Part shown: in pieces, positions 35,501-48,675 of the stretch
How the letters are laid out: every line of letters starts with the position of its first letter
Position numbering within the stretch: the stretch's first letter is position 1
Assembly: GCA_043228905.1 (NCBI GenBank)
Contig: JBHGNT010000001.1
Coordinates: forward strand, 5,022,001-5,086,000
Direction of reading: 5' to 3'
Source: Azolla caroliniana
Taxonomy: Eukaryota; Plantae; Polypodiophyta
DNA length: 64,000 nucleotides
The notes under the pieces: generated by a model
Told to the model about the DNA's origin: nothing
The model's database searches: none
Seen by the model: the letters and a program-made list of their open reading frames with translations, nothing else
Program-made: the position numbers and the translations under genes

Positions 35501-36998
35501 TGGCGTCAATATTAAAATAATAAAATTGAACCGCAGGATCAATTACACACGAATAAATTAATGAACTAGAATACTCACTTAAAGATTTAGAAGACACAAG
35601 TGAATGAGAAGGAAGTTTGGAACATTGAATAAAATGTTTACAATTATTAAGTTCAAATGTGATTGAGTGATTAACCCAATCAATGGACAAAGAAGGGTTT
35701 TTATTAAAAAACCAAGGATATCCTAAAATGACATCTGCGGATTGTAATTTCATAACATGAAAGTCAAGCTTCTCCAAATAAGTATCTATTTGAATTGGCA
35801 GTTGACAAACAATGCCACTGATGTATTGAACGTTTCCATTTGCCATGTGAACTTGATAGATATGATCACTTGCGTTTATGTGGAGCTCCATTTGCTGCAC
35901 AAAGTGATCATTAAGAAAATTGTGAGAACTACCGGAATCAAACAAGAAATGTGCTTGTGTTCCATTGATATATCCGACTGCTCGGAGGAAATCATTAGGT
36001 CCAAGTAAATGTGAAGGAAAAGTGCATTCACATAAACTTAAGTGATTGGTATGAACTTCAACAATATCAAAAGACTCACCTGTGTGACTCGTAGATTTGT
36101 CTTGAGGAGGGGTGTTCATTGACTTCCTCTCAAGACGATGACAGGTATCCTTTGTGTGGCCCCGCTTCTTGCAATATGCACAGAAGAGGTTCGGTTTCTT
36201 TGAGTCGCGGTCAAGAGTGTCACTGGATTGCTTACGTTTCCCAATGAACTTGACATTCGGAGTTTTGGCGAACTCAGGTTTATTGTGGTCTTTCTTGGAA
36301 GTCCTATGGTATCGCAGCACAATGTTGACGGCTTCCTCGAAAGTTGTGGGGTCCTTGTCATGGACAATCCAATGATAATCCCCATTGGGAATACCATTCA
36401 AAAAACAAGCGACAAACCATTTCTCACCCGTAAGTCCCGATTTTTGGATCTGGGTCCGAGCGTGATGCACATAATCCTCGAGAGAGGTAAATGGCTTACT
36501 AGACAATGTGAGCAAGTGTTGCGCTTGTTCGGTTTGAGAAGGTGGCTGCAAGAATTGTTTCTTAAAAACATCAACGAAACCTTCCCAAGTTGTGGGTAAG
36601 TTTTTTGCGGTCCTTAGGCCACGCCACCAAGCAGCAGCTCGGCCACCTAACTCACGATCGACATAACCAATTTTTACTGCATCGGGCTTGGGATGAAGCT
36701 CAAAGTGAGACTCCCAACGACCAAGCCAAGTGCTAATAGCCTCCTCGGTTCTTTCTTTCTTATCTCCCTTGAAAGGCGTGACTACGAAGGAAGGTTCACC
36801 TTCTTTCTTGGACTCAATAGTTAATTCTTGGAATTTCTTTTCCAATGCCATATTGGCCTGTCTCATTTCGGCCAATTGATTCAAGGTAGTAGTGAGCAAT
36901 TGCTCAATAGTGATCTCAGCTTGTGTGCGAGATGCGGATTGGGGTTGAGAGGTCTCATTTGGAGAGATCGCTCCAACTGCGTTCAAAACTTGTTCCAT
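32594..36998 (-). CDS. Element E gag-pol polyprotein with C-terminal chromodomain (one frameshift near 33875)
   Basis: ORF 33867-36998: gag [48 protein letters not shown] 32594-34039: HHCC, ISMDF..SDRD..QTE integrase, GPF and chromodomain PERILD..KIKW..DATWE. Confidence 0.93.
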
Positions 36999-37984
36999 GA
37001 TGCACGCTGTGGGTATGCAATAAAATAAGGAGGTTCAGAAAATACCCAAGCAAAATGAATGCTTGAAATTTTGATTGAAAGAACTTTATCCAAGAAAGTA
37101 TCTCATGTCTTTACCCCTCTAGACATATGAGATGTGATTCGAGATCCGATAACTATGGTAACACTATGGTGTTTTAAGAACCATGGGGGAAAACATAGCT
37201 AAGATGTATTTCTCGGATCTCTATCTTGAGTAATCATGGCGGCTCCCCGAGGCTCAACCATGGTTCTTACATCAATGAAATTTCCTAGATAGCCTTATAT
37301 TAATGCCAACCCATCATGTATTATATGGTCGAGAAAGTGTATTACGTGAAAAAACAAGTGCACTCACAAGTAATATTCTAGTCTTGCGAGCAATAAGCAA
37401 ATGTGATGATAATATAAGGCACTACTCATAAGAGTTAAGTAGTGACGAAAACAAGGGTAAAAAAAAAGAACCCATGTGTTACCTACGAAAAAAACAATGT
37501 CACAAATAAATGGGAAGTGCAAGGTATGCACATATACATCCCAATATGATTGTTATAACTTGCACAATTGTGACATAAGCCACAAATTGATACAAGTGAT
37601 GACGGTGTTGTGCGCAAAGATGTAATACTCAAATCCATGAGTAAAACATCAATAAGGGAACTCATATGGTTTTACTCGTTTTCTAAGGCTTGATGATAAG
37701 AGTTAAACCTAGATGACCCGTTGAAAAAAAAAATCGTTCAACAAGCCACTCCATACGAAAAAATAGTCTACACGTAAAGGTTACATTAAAATAAACGATG
37801 TAAATACTTTATACATGAAAAGGAAGTGGAAAAAGGAGAGTTAATTGTGGGCGGGTAAATAATAATTACTAGAAAATCATATAAGTGAAACAATACTTAT
37901 GAAATTAAAATTTAATTAGAATAATCAACAATTAGGTGTATGGAATCAAACATGCCCTAAGATACGAAACCCTAGGGTAGTTGA

Positions 37985-38300
37985 CATGCACCTCCTCAAG
38001 ACCACCACATATCCCTAGAATCGGCCAAGTAATGGCTAATTAAAGAGGAAAGTGGCATAGGTAAGTGACATATACCTCGTCAAGGCCACATCATCCCTTA
38101 GAATCGGCCAATTGATGGCTAATTAAAAAGGAAAGTGGCATATGTAAGCTACATATACCTTGTCAAGGCCACAACATCCCATAGAATCGGCCAATTGATG
38201 GCTTAATAGAGAGTAGAGTGGCATAGGTAGGCAACATACACCTCGTCAAGGCCACATCATCCCTTAGAATCGGCCAAGTGATGGCTCAATAGAGGGGAAG
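37985..38300. repeat. Tandem array in the 5' leader of E, 4 copies of 83 bp
   Basis: AGAATCGGCCAA recurs at about 38017, 38100, 38183 and 38266; followed by a 2-copy repeat of about 120 bp (38319, 38438). Confidence 0.88.
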
Positions 38301-39227
38301 AGTAGTATACTCAACATCATATGCAAAACGGCCATGAGATAAGCGTGTGTGATTAGAGCAAACACGCTCGACCCAATGCACAAGAATAATTATTATCGTA
38401 AGAGTTCAAGAGAGGAGAGAGTGGGATATATATCGCAATATGCAAAAGGCCATGAGTTGAGCGTGTGCGATTAGTGCAAACACGCTCGGCCCAATGCATA
38501 ATAATAAGTAAAATCGTAGCGTATTAGGAGGTAGAAAGAAAGAGAATAAAACGTAATACCAATTTGATTCGACCATAAAGAACGCATAATAGAAAAAGAG
38601 AAGAGATCAAAAAAAAAAAAAGAATACCGGGTTTAGAGTGTTGTTTTGATCCTGAGAAGAGCATGACGAGCCTTGTTAGATCCCCCTCGCTCACACGCAA
38701 AAAACATCAAAACAACAAAAAAATTGTTAGTAAAAGCTCTGATACCACTGTTAAGAGTCTATTACTAATCAATAGACCAAATCAAGTAAAAAGGAAGAAA
38801 ATAGATTGGATAGAAGAACCCGTTCCACCCGACCACCCCCGAGCTATGATCTAGACATAGCCAACCTACCACCGACGTCCCATACCGCCGGATATTAGGA
38901 TGACTAATACCTTGGAAGAGATAAACACGATCGTCGAGACGAAAGCCTAGCCCGCACCACCGGTGTCTACGACAGCAGCCTTCCGACGTGATGATCCCTA
39001 TGAGGGTAGCTAAGCCTCATATTTATACCTTTTCCTAGGCCCCTTGAATAGATGTGCCTTTCTAAAAGGCTCTCTATTCATTGGTTGTCTAAATCATGAT
39101 AGTGCATGCACATATCATTCATTCTATCCAATCATTAGTCCCCTTTTTAATAATAGTGAACATACCCTTCACTAATGTAAATATTAGTGACCTACCCTCA
39201 CCAACGTTATGTGTACATAACAGATCC

Positions 39228-39860
39228 TCTCATCAAGTCACCGTATTCAGTGACCACAAAAACCTTGCCTACTTTCAGGACGCTCGTGTGTTAAATCTAC
39301 GTCAAGCTCGGTGGGCCCAATTCCTCACACGTTTCGACTTCAAAATTACATATTGTCCGGGGAAGCACCAAGGGAAGGCAGATGCATTATCACGGCGTTC
39401 GTACCTAGCACCACATCCGGGCGAGTCAACTTTCGATAACCAAAAGCAAGTAATCTTAGGACCGGCACGACTGCAAGCAACACAGGTCTTTGGCATGCCT
39501 ATGGATTCCCACGTTATCGATACCATACATGAGGACTTGAAGATAGATGTTTTCGCCCAAGCCATTATAGCACAAATCGATCCCTCTCGAGCATCTTGTT
39601 CACAGTCGCAACCACCAGGTATAGACTATCCGCAATTCAAATACCATGATGGATTACTATTCTATAAAGAACTATTGTATGTTCCTAATGGTTCTTGTCG
39701 CCTTCGAGTAGTCCAAAACTGTCATGACACATATATACTTGGGCATTTTGGTAGTACTAAAACATTAGATTTAGTACAACGATCATTCTAACCAATGCTC
39801 GTGCTCTTCTTGAAGACTTCCATCGTCAATATCCAAACAAACCGGGTCCTCAATCCAAAA
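39228..39860 (+). pseudogene. Element A RNase H end and integrase zinc finger; integrase core deleted
   Basis: [38 protein letters not shown], then an abrupt jump at about 39790 to NARALLEDFHRQYPNKPGP, which resembles a chromodomain tail. Confidence 0.85.
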
Positions 39861-40202
39861 CGACTCGTGAAACTCATCGTTTTAAAGGGGAGATAATGTC
39901 ATGATATGACAAGACTCGAACCCATGACCTTATGCTACATGAGTCAAGCTCTTACCATTAGACTATGTATTGTAATATGAATAATATTATTTTCATTTAA
40001 GTTTTATTATAGGAAATTGATGTATATTCTAGAGTTCTCTGGAACATTCTAGAAACTTCAGGAGTACTCCTGAGAACTCTATAAAAGGAGGCACAAGGCA
40101 TTATTTCGAACCAAATCGGTTCAACGCCAGTCTTAAGCTTCCTAGCTACTATTGTATTCTCTCTTCACATAATATATATCTTTTATCATCATTCTCTCTC
40201 AC

Positions 40203-40242
<40 letters not shown>

Positions 40243-40246
<4 letters not shown>

Positions 40247-43200
40247 GGTGAAAACACACACTTATATTAATAAATGTGTGTGAAAAACACTACTTACAAT
40301 ACGCGTGACAATGGAGCATGGTCACACACTAACCACACTACACTACATGGGTGCTAGAACATGTTGAATTGCCAATAGGCAAGACGAACACTCTTCAAAT
40401 TGCCACATTAGTACTCCCTTCAACTTTCGTAGATATGCTTTCACTCCATGTCTACCATCGAATACAAAAGCGTTGCGCATGTTCCAATTATGACGAAATC
40501 CCCAATATCTCAGAAATAGCAAAACAATCTCCATCTCTGATTTTGGGTCAGCCTGTGTAAATTGTACAAACACCCCTTAAACTCCAATCAATCCATGGTT
40601 GTTCTCCTGTTTGTAGAGGTAAGGGACCTTGCATCAATACAATATTCTGTAGTTGTTGCCAAATAAACCCATAATTAGGTGGGATGTGTAATAATTGTCG
40701 TGCTTCAGTAAACTCCAAAATTCTTTGAGATGGAACCTCAAATATATCTCCCACCTCTTTGACCCCCAAACGAAACAAACGATTAAATTGAGAACGCAAT
40801 CTCTCCTTTCCTGGCCAACATAATAACCGAGAAGACACAAGTAACTCTTTTTGCAAAGAGTTACAATGCTCTCTACTAGATGATGGTTTCCATACACATA
40901 ACAAGAGTGCTTCTTGCCATGAGGTAACTAAGTATTAAACACATGAAGAACCCAGAATCCTAAGTAAAATACATCCATTCAGTAATTGCCACCATGAAGC
41001 CTTAATCGTTGTCCTCCCATGTGTTAAACCCTTGTTCTCAATGAAATATCGAACAATAGATATCCATGGTTGTGAGTTTGAACACATGTCTTGTAATAAT
41101 GAAAATCTACGAGCCATCAGATGCATAGATAAGTTCAATATTCCAACCCCCCCCAATCACTTAGGGGTTGCTAGATGATTCCAAGTAATCCATGTGATTC
41201 CCATCTTATCCCTCTTCTTCCACAACAAATATCGAAGAGGTTGCAAAACAGAATTCAACGCCTTCTTTGTCCATGGCAATAATGGCAAGTAATATAATAT
41301 CATGGGTTCCATAATACATTGTACAACCTTCAAGAGAACATGAAATGGCCAAGATTGTGACTTCCAATACATGAACTTATCCCTCAACTTACTAGACATC
41401 CATTCAATCAATTGACCATTTGTAACATTCATTCCTAATGGATAATCCAAGTGTCAAAAAATAGAGCCTTTCTTCACCACGAATCGTTGCTATCCTAAAC
41501 ATTCCAAATCCCTTTCAGTGCATGATATGAGACTAGACTTCCTCCAATTAATATGTAATCCAGAAGCCAATGCAAACTGATTCCATACAAGCATCCCCTT
41601 CTCAAGATTCTCCCAGGAGGCTTGTAAAAACATGAAAGAATCATCCACCAAAGCTTGTGCTACTATTTGCCCTCTGGATGGAAGGTGTAAACCCACAATG
41701 TCCCCATTTATTGCAAGTCTTGATAGCATCACTAACAAAGGATGAGTAACAATAGCAAACAACAATGGGCTAAGAGGGCATCCTTGACGAACAGATCTTG
41801 TGAGGGCAATATCTGATGTAACTTGCCCATTAAGCATTACTCGAGACACTGCATCTTGTCTTAATAAAAATATGAGGCGAGACATATGAGGTCCAAAGCC
41901 CATTGTATGCATTAACCCAGAAACAAAAGACAAATTAACATGATCATAAGCTTTCTCCAAATCTAATTGCACCATAATCAATTCTTGACGAGTGTTCCGA
42001 GCATAATCCATGGTCATTTGAACATTCAACACATTATGCATTACAATGGTGTATGTATCAATAATGCATTACACCTAGAGAGAACTTGTAAAAATTGTCG
42101 AATAAGACCTCTTCTTTGTTGAGCATTGGTTACTCCATACATACGATGAATGATGTTAATGTTTCATAATGTGATATCCCATGCTTTAACTCCTTTAACA
42201 TTCACTTGTTGAGAAAAATTTACCAAAATTTGCTCCATGAGAGAATCAAAGTGAGGTTGAAGCAAAAGAGAAGAGTTAAAGCGTAGTGGAGGCTTTCCAA
42301 ATAAAGATTTATACATGTCAATTGCATGATTACACACCTCCAAGAAAATAGGAAAGTGATCTGAAGTTCCAACATCTTGTAGAACGTTCATACGAAGTGA
42401 TGTCGGTAAAAAAGAATCATCATGCATCACATACATTCTATCTAACGGACTCCATGTTTGTCTATGTTGAGCAGATTGGAAGGTAAAACCTGGATCATTC
42501 CCTTGCAACCATGTCCAAACATCCAACTTTAGAACCTCCATAGCCAATGAGTCCCAAGCAAGTTGCTCAGGATCATCCATGATTGAATGTTCAGACGTGG
42601 ATTGAAATGCATCAATCAACACACATGTTAAAATCGCCCATAAGTAATCCTGAACGTCCAATAGATAGGGTTTGAAGGAGTGAACCCCATAATGCAATAC
42701 GTTGAGTGGCTTGGTTAGGGGCATAAATCCCAACCACCCACACAACCTCGCCAAAAAAAGTGATTTCTAGAACCAAAAACCGACCATAAGGATCATTATG
42801 CACCACTTGAGGATAATACTTATCCCTCACGATTAATACCACACCTGAATAATGATTATTAAGATGTCCTGCATAAAATGATGAATATCCATGCAAATGC
42901 ATTGTGGATCGTGCTAACTCATGAAACTTATGCTCAACTACACATACTACATCCCATTCTCTAGTTAACAAAGTTTCCCATAGTATATACTTCTTATGAG
43001 GAGAACATGCCCCTCTCACATTCCATGTTACCACTTTCATTCAATCAACAATGTCATGAAACTAGTCAAAGCATGCTCGAATGTTGCATATGGATTTTCA
43101 TACACCACATCCTTAGGGTTGTCTATCGAAATCTTTTTTTTAGGTCCTCCCGCTTGACGAAAACCTCGAGAATCCGATGAATTTACAACTCGTCCCAATG

Positions 43201-43429
43201 AATCAAATTGAAGGTGAAGGGGTAATCCCTTATCCCTAGATTTTCGTTACCAAGGAACTTTTCGAGGGCCCTCCCTAGTTCCTGAATTACCTTGCCAAGT
43301 AGTCACACGAGTAGTGGGCAAGCTACTACACTGCATCCCTTTCGACATGCCCGAGAGAGAGAGAAAGAGAGTGCCAAGTAGTCACACGAGTAGTGGGCAA
43401 GCTACTACACTGCATCCCTTTCGACATGC

Positions 43430-43430
<1 letters not shown>
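40243..43430 (-). mobile_element. Decayed L1/Tx1-like LINE inserted in the (CT)n tract of the 3' LTR of A
   Basis: APE endonuclease MKVVTWNVRG..MGDFN..SDH and RT DLEKAYD, QGCPLSPLLF, LVDD; internal deletions; an approximately 78-bp duplication at 43296-43430. Confidence 0.9.
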
Positions 43431-43483
<53 letters not shown>

Positions 43484-43982
43484 CACCTCTCTTAGTACTA
43501 ATCCTCATCTTTTAGTACTAATTCCTTCTCTGTCTTAATACTGATCCTGATAACCGTAAACATAAATACGATTATGCTTGAATGTAGCCAATATTGACAT
43601 AATTGATATAAGATAATGACCCTTTTATAGTTATTGGATGGATTTTCCTATCAAATTTTTGTAAGAATATCAATTAGGGAGGGATGTCGACACCAAGGGG
43701 CAGTTTGTAGAAGAAGAATCTTTTTTATTTTGTGATGGTCACCATGTGATGACAAGGCTCAAACCCATAATCTGTGTCTAAGAAATTTTGGAACATTCTA
43801 GAACTTCTCGCAATATTCTAGAAAACCTTAGAATGCTCTATGACCCACTATATAATGATGCCCTCTCATTCTTGTTGAACTATTCCGCAAACTATTAGAA
43901 CTGAGGCAAGATGGCAATTGTGGTTAGTACCAGAGGAGATGGCTTCATTGGAGAGATTGAGCACAACATTCACATGTGATGG

Positions 43983-45453
43983 TCTCGCGAAGTTTCGCAC
44001 GCGTGTGTTACTTGGGCGGGACCACGGGGGTCTTGGACTAGGGAGTACTCAAGGGATAAATAAATAATTATTTATTTATTTAAAATCTTATAAATATAAA
44101 GCACTCTTCGAACCCACTCTACGAATCCTCACTCTACAAATCCTCCCTACGAATCTTCTCTACAAACTCTCTCTACAAACTCTCTCTACGAATCCTCTCT
44201 ACGAATCCTCACTCTACGAATCGTCTCTACGAACCCACTTTACAAACTCTCTCTACGAATCCTCTCTATGAACCCACTCTACGAATCCTCTCTTCGAACC
44301 CACTAAACGAACTCTCTCTACGAATCCTCTCTACAAATCCTCACTCTACGAACCCACTCTACGAACTCTCTCTACGAACCCACTCTACGAATCCTCTCTT
44401 CGAACCCACTCTATGAACTCTCTCTACGAACCCACTCTACGAATCCTCTCTTTGAACCCACTCTACGAACTCTCTCTACGAATCCTCTCTACAAGCCCTC
44501 TCTACGAATCCTCTCTGAGCAAGGGCTTGTTGCCCTTTGTTTTGTGAAGTTGGTGGCTTTCGTTGATCACGACTCGTCGACGTCTTTATGAGGAGGAGAG
44601 GTGCATGGGCACGCCCGAAACGTTCCCTCGTCACAAGACGGCCGAACGTACAAGGAAGACACGGACAAAGAAAGAAAGAAACATGCATGATATCGGCCAA
44701 AGAAATAAATACGTGTTCAATTCCAACGCTAGAGGACCCTTTATAAAATAGGGTTTGACTACAATGGCAACTTCTAGTCAACCACAAGCTCAATCAAAAA
44801 ATAAATACTAAATGACCTTAGAGACAAGAGCAAAACCGAACATGGCGAAGATGAACACACGAGCACCACCAAAATGCCAACCCCAACGAACCACGACCAC
44901 CCGAACGGCGAGCACACGGGCTCGCAACGACGAACGGGGCTCGCAACGTCGAACCAACGAAGCTTGGTCTCACGAGCACTTCTAGTGCCAACGCGAATGG
45001 CGATGAGGGGATGAAGGGGTATGAAGAGATGAAGAGAAGTGGTGAAGAAGAAGATGAAGAGCTCCGAAGGAAAAATGGCGATAGTCTCCTCCTCCCAAAA
45101 CGTCCTCTTGAATGAGCCCCCTCGATCTCCTTTTATAGAAAAAAAAGAAAGGGGGGGTCGCCAATTTTGTCTTTAATGCAAAATGGAATAAAATTCCTTA
45201 AATCATGTTGCACTATAAGAGTAGATTTGAACCGTGCACCCCTAGTTAAAAATTAATGTAACTATCCATTAGCCCATTAACTCTCTCTTATATAATATAT
45301 AATTCTATCTCTATAAATTCTTAGCCTGTCTCCCCTCTACCTTTTATATCTCCTCTCTCTTACTTTTTGCACGAGCTTATATATCCTTTCCACCCTTTCT
45401 TTTCCCTTTTATTTTGCATATATGCACAACTAATCGCCTTTGTGTGCACACAC
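43983..45453 (-). mobile_element. LTR family D copy 2 (truncated)
   Basis: Homologous to 14028-15920 at both ends; carries a different internal minisatellite. Confidence 0.85.
44105..44515. repeat. Minisatellite of 13-15 bp units (CTCTACGAA core)
   Basis: Alternating CTCTACGAATCCT / CTCTACGAACCCA / CTCTACGAACTCT units; a shorter copy lies at about 63108-63371. Confidence 0.92.
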
Positions 45454-48400
45454 AAATAATGCAACAACTAAGATTAATGGCTTGTGTAGACTTTTCAAGT
45501 AATATACTAAGGTGTATCTTCCTTATAAAAGAAAAAAAAGAAAAAAGAAGAAGATTAATGGCTTGTGGAAAATAAGGAAATATGGAATGGAAAGAGAGAG
45601 AGAGAGAGAGAGAGAGAAGAAGAAGAAGAAGAAGACTTTATTGAATGATAGTTTCTGTCTCTCTCTACAACCAACCGACCACACAGAGAGGAGATGTCGT
45701 GGTTATAGGTGCACCCTATTTTTGGGGTGTACCTTTTCATTTCATATAGCTTTTCGTCTTATTATTTATTTTTTCTATTTACTTATTCTAAACTAATTAG
45801 TTTATTACAACAACCCCCCATAAATGAATTAGTTGTGAATCATTGTAATCCTAAATGTTCACAACAAGCTTCAAATTTGTCTTGAGGGAGAGCCTTTGTT
45901 TCGGCCAACAATTAGATAAAGTGATATTTTAAATCCACGTGCTTTGTTTTCTCTGAATGCTTTGGATTTTTCGTTAAGTAGATACATGATATATTGTTGC
46001 AAAAGATTTTCAATTGAAGCGGTTCACATAGTTGTAGTTCTTTTAACACTTTTTGCAACCATAGTCCTTCTTTAGCAGCCAACGCCGCTGCTATGAATTC
46101 AACTTTAGCAGATGAGAGTGTCACGGATTCTTGTTTTTATTATTGCCACGTCACTACTGCTCCTGCCATTATAAAAGAAAAACCAGCAGTAGATCTTCAA
46201 GAATCAACGCCCGCCTCCCCCCCCCCAATTTGAATCAAACAAACCAACAAGTGATTTGATTGGTCTTTCGGATTGGGATCGTTTATATGTTAACCCGTAG
46301 TTAGATGTGTGTTTTAGATATCGCATAACTCATTGAAGTGATTTCCAATGCATAAGGCTAGCGTTATGCATAAAGTGTGAAAGGTAATTAATTGCAAAAC
46401 AAAGGTCAGGACGAGTTCTTGTGACTAAATATCGAAGTTTTCCTATTAATTGTTTAAAAGGAAATTGTTGCATAAAATTAATATCTCTTTTTGTGGTTGG
46501 ACCATCGGATATGCTTAAGTTACATGTTAGTGATAGGGGAGTAGTGCAAGGTTTAATGTTTAGCATTCCGAAGAATTTCAAATTTTCATTAATGAATTTA
46601 TTTTGAGGAATTATCAAAGTGTCCATACTACGATTACGCGTAACTTGTATGCCTAGGAAATAAGATAGGGGACCTAAATCTGTTATTGAAAATGCTTTGG
46701 AAAATTCTAGCTTTGCTTGAGTAATTTCATATTGTGTTCCAACTAATTGTGACTTGTTGAATTTTTGAGGACATTTGTGGAGCCCGCCAAGAATTAGTAG
46801 GTGATGATATTACTTCTTAAATTAGTGAATTCAATGTTAGACATGGTAGTCGCGTCTTGTATCTTTTCATAGCCATGATGTGAGTGAGGATTAGATATCA
46901 GTTTGTCTTCATCAAATATCACTCGTCGGCTAAATATAAATCTTTTGGATTTTGGGTCTTATAATCGATAATCCTTATAGCCATGAGGTTCACCATACCC
47001 AACAAATATTGTGCGAACTGCGTGATTATCTAATTTTGATCGAGTTTCTAATGGTACGAGTGCATATGATGGACATCCAAAGATTCTTAGATTTTCAGAA
47101 TTAGGATTTTTTCCAAACCACAAGGAAAATGGAGTTCTCCTAATGGATCGACTATATGTTCTATTGAATATGTAACAAGCGGTTGAAACAGCCTCTTCCC
47201 AATATGTTCGGGGAAAGTTTGCAACGGCGAGCATGCAACGAGTGGCATCCATATACAACTGGTTTCGTCGTTCAGCCCTTGAATTGTGTTGGGGTGTATA
47301 TGGGATGGTAAACCATTGTTGAATCCCATGGTTTTGGCAATAAGTTTGGAAGTTTTGGGACTTGAATTCCCCACCATTATCTGATTGGAGTACTTTAAGG
47401 GGTAAATCTTGTTGATTTGTTGCAAGTTTATGATAGGCTTTGAATTTCTCAAGGACTTGATCACTATATTTTGTCTTGAGAAATGTGACCATCGTGAAAT
47501 GAGTAAAGTCATCCCGCCTCGTTAGCAAATATACATTTCCACATAGGGATGGGGTAGACAAAGGACCACATATATCTGTGTGCACCAGTTGGAGGGGTTT
47601 AGTGGTCATTGTAGGATGGGATGGAAATGGCGAGTTAGAGAGTTTTCCAAATATACACCCTTCGCAAAGGGATAGTTCCGATTTACTAGGAAGTGTAAAA
47701 CCAATTGCTATATGTTGTCGGGCGATGTGAACCATTGTTTGATGGTTTAAGTGACCTAATCGATAGTGCCATAATAAGGTCATATAGTTTGATATGTTAG
47801 AATCATCTATACGGTGTGCTTCTTCAGCGGGTACCACAGAGCGGCCTAAAAGGTAAAAACATCCTTGTCTTGGACAATTAACGACATAGCCTCGTCTAGA
47901 GGGTGTCTTATGACGAATGATACAATATTTTTGATAAAACTCGACGGATGTATTATCATTTGTGAGTTTATTGACAAATATCAAGTTTTTTGCTATGTTA
48001 GTTATATAGTAAATTTCATTGATTTCAATGAAGTTCCCATCAGAAAGTTCAAGATGGGCAGTCCCATGTCCAAGGGCATATTCAACCCCATTGTTTCCAA
48101 ATCTAACCGGGAAAGGATGTTCTAAGACCTTATAGTCTTTGAGTCATTCAACTCTTGAGGTGAGATGACATGTGGCACCTATATCAAGAATCCACGTTGA
48201 AGTGGGACAGTTGCTAAATGAAGTGAGAGCCATGAAGGCAATGAAAGAATCTTCATTATCCTCATCGGAATTTTGGTCATTATGACATATGTCATTATTT
48301 TGATCATAGTCATCATGTGATGCATTGTAAGATTGGTCTTCTTGATATGTTCTTTTCCCGTTGTTAGAATTCTTATAACAATCTTTCGTTTCATGTCCAC

Positions 48401-48675
48401 TACTTTGACAATTTTTGCAAAAGGATCTAAGGAACCTAGATTTGTTATGATTCCTTGAATCATTAAATTTAGGTCCGTGAATAAAATTTGGAGTTATTAG
48501 GTTGGTATGTTGATGTAGGTTTATTGTAAGGTTTTTTATTGTAATTTGGATGTTTGATATAAAGTGCGGCGTGAGATGAGGAGGGTTGATTTATTGCCCT
48601 ACGAAGTATGTTTTCTTGTGAGATTGATGCCACTAATGTTGGGACACTAATGTTGGCTGATGTGGATTTTGTACC

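Larger units (their letters stand above)
32113..39222 (-). mobile_element. Element E: young Ty3/gypsy chromovirus inserted in the RNase H of A
   Basis: 474-bp LTRs 32113-32586 and 38749-39222 with no difference seen; TSD GATCC; PBS TGGTATCAGAGC (tRNA-iMet) at 38736-38747; PPT GAAGTAGGGGAGTA. Confidence 0.97.
12391..43552 (+). mobile_element. Element A: decayed Ty3/gypsy chromovirus of Tf1/sushi/Tcn1 type, outermost host of the nest
   Basis: 5-bp TSD ACCGT (12386-12390, 43553-43557). LTRs 12391-12815 and 39897-43552 (the latter split by a LINE). PPT AAAGGGGAGATAA before 39897. gag, PR, RT, RH and INT remnants occur in Ty3 order. Confidence 0.92.

Noticed and set aside
39912-39965. Functional tRNA gene
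   Set aside because: A/B boxes are present but the acceptor and anticodon stems do not pair; reported only as tRNA-like.
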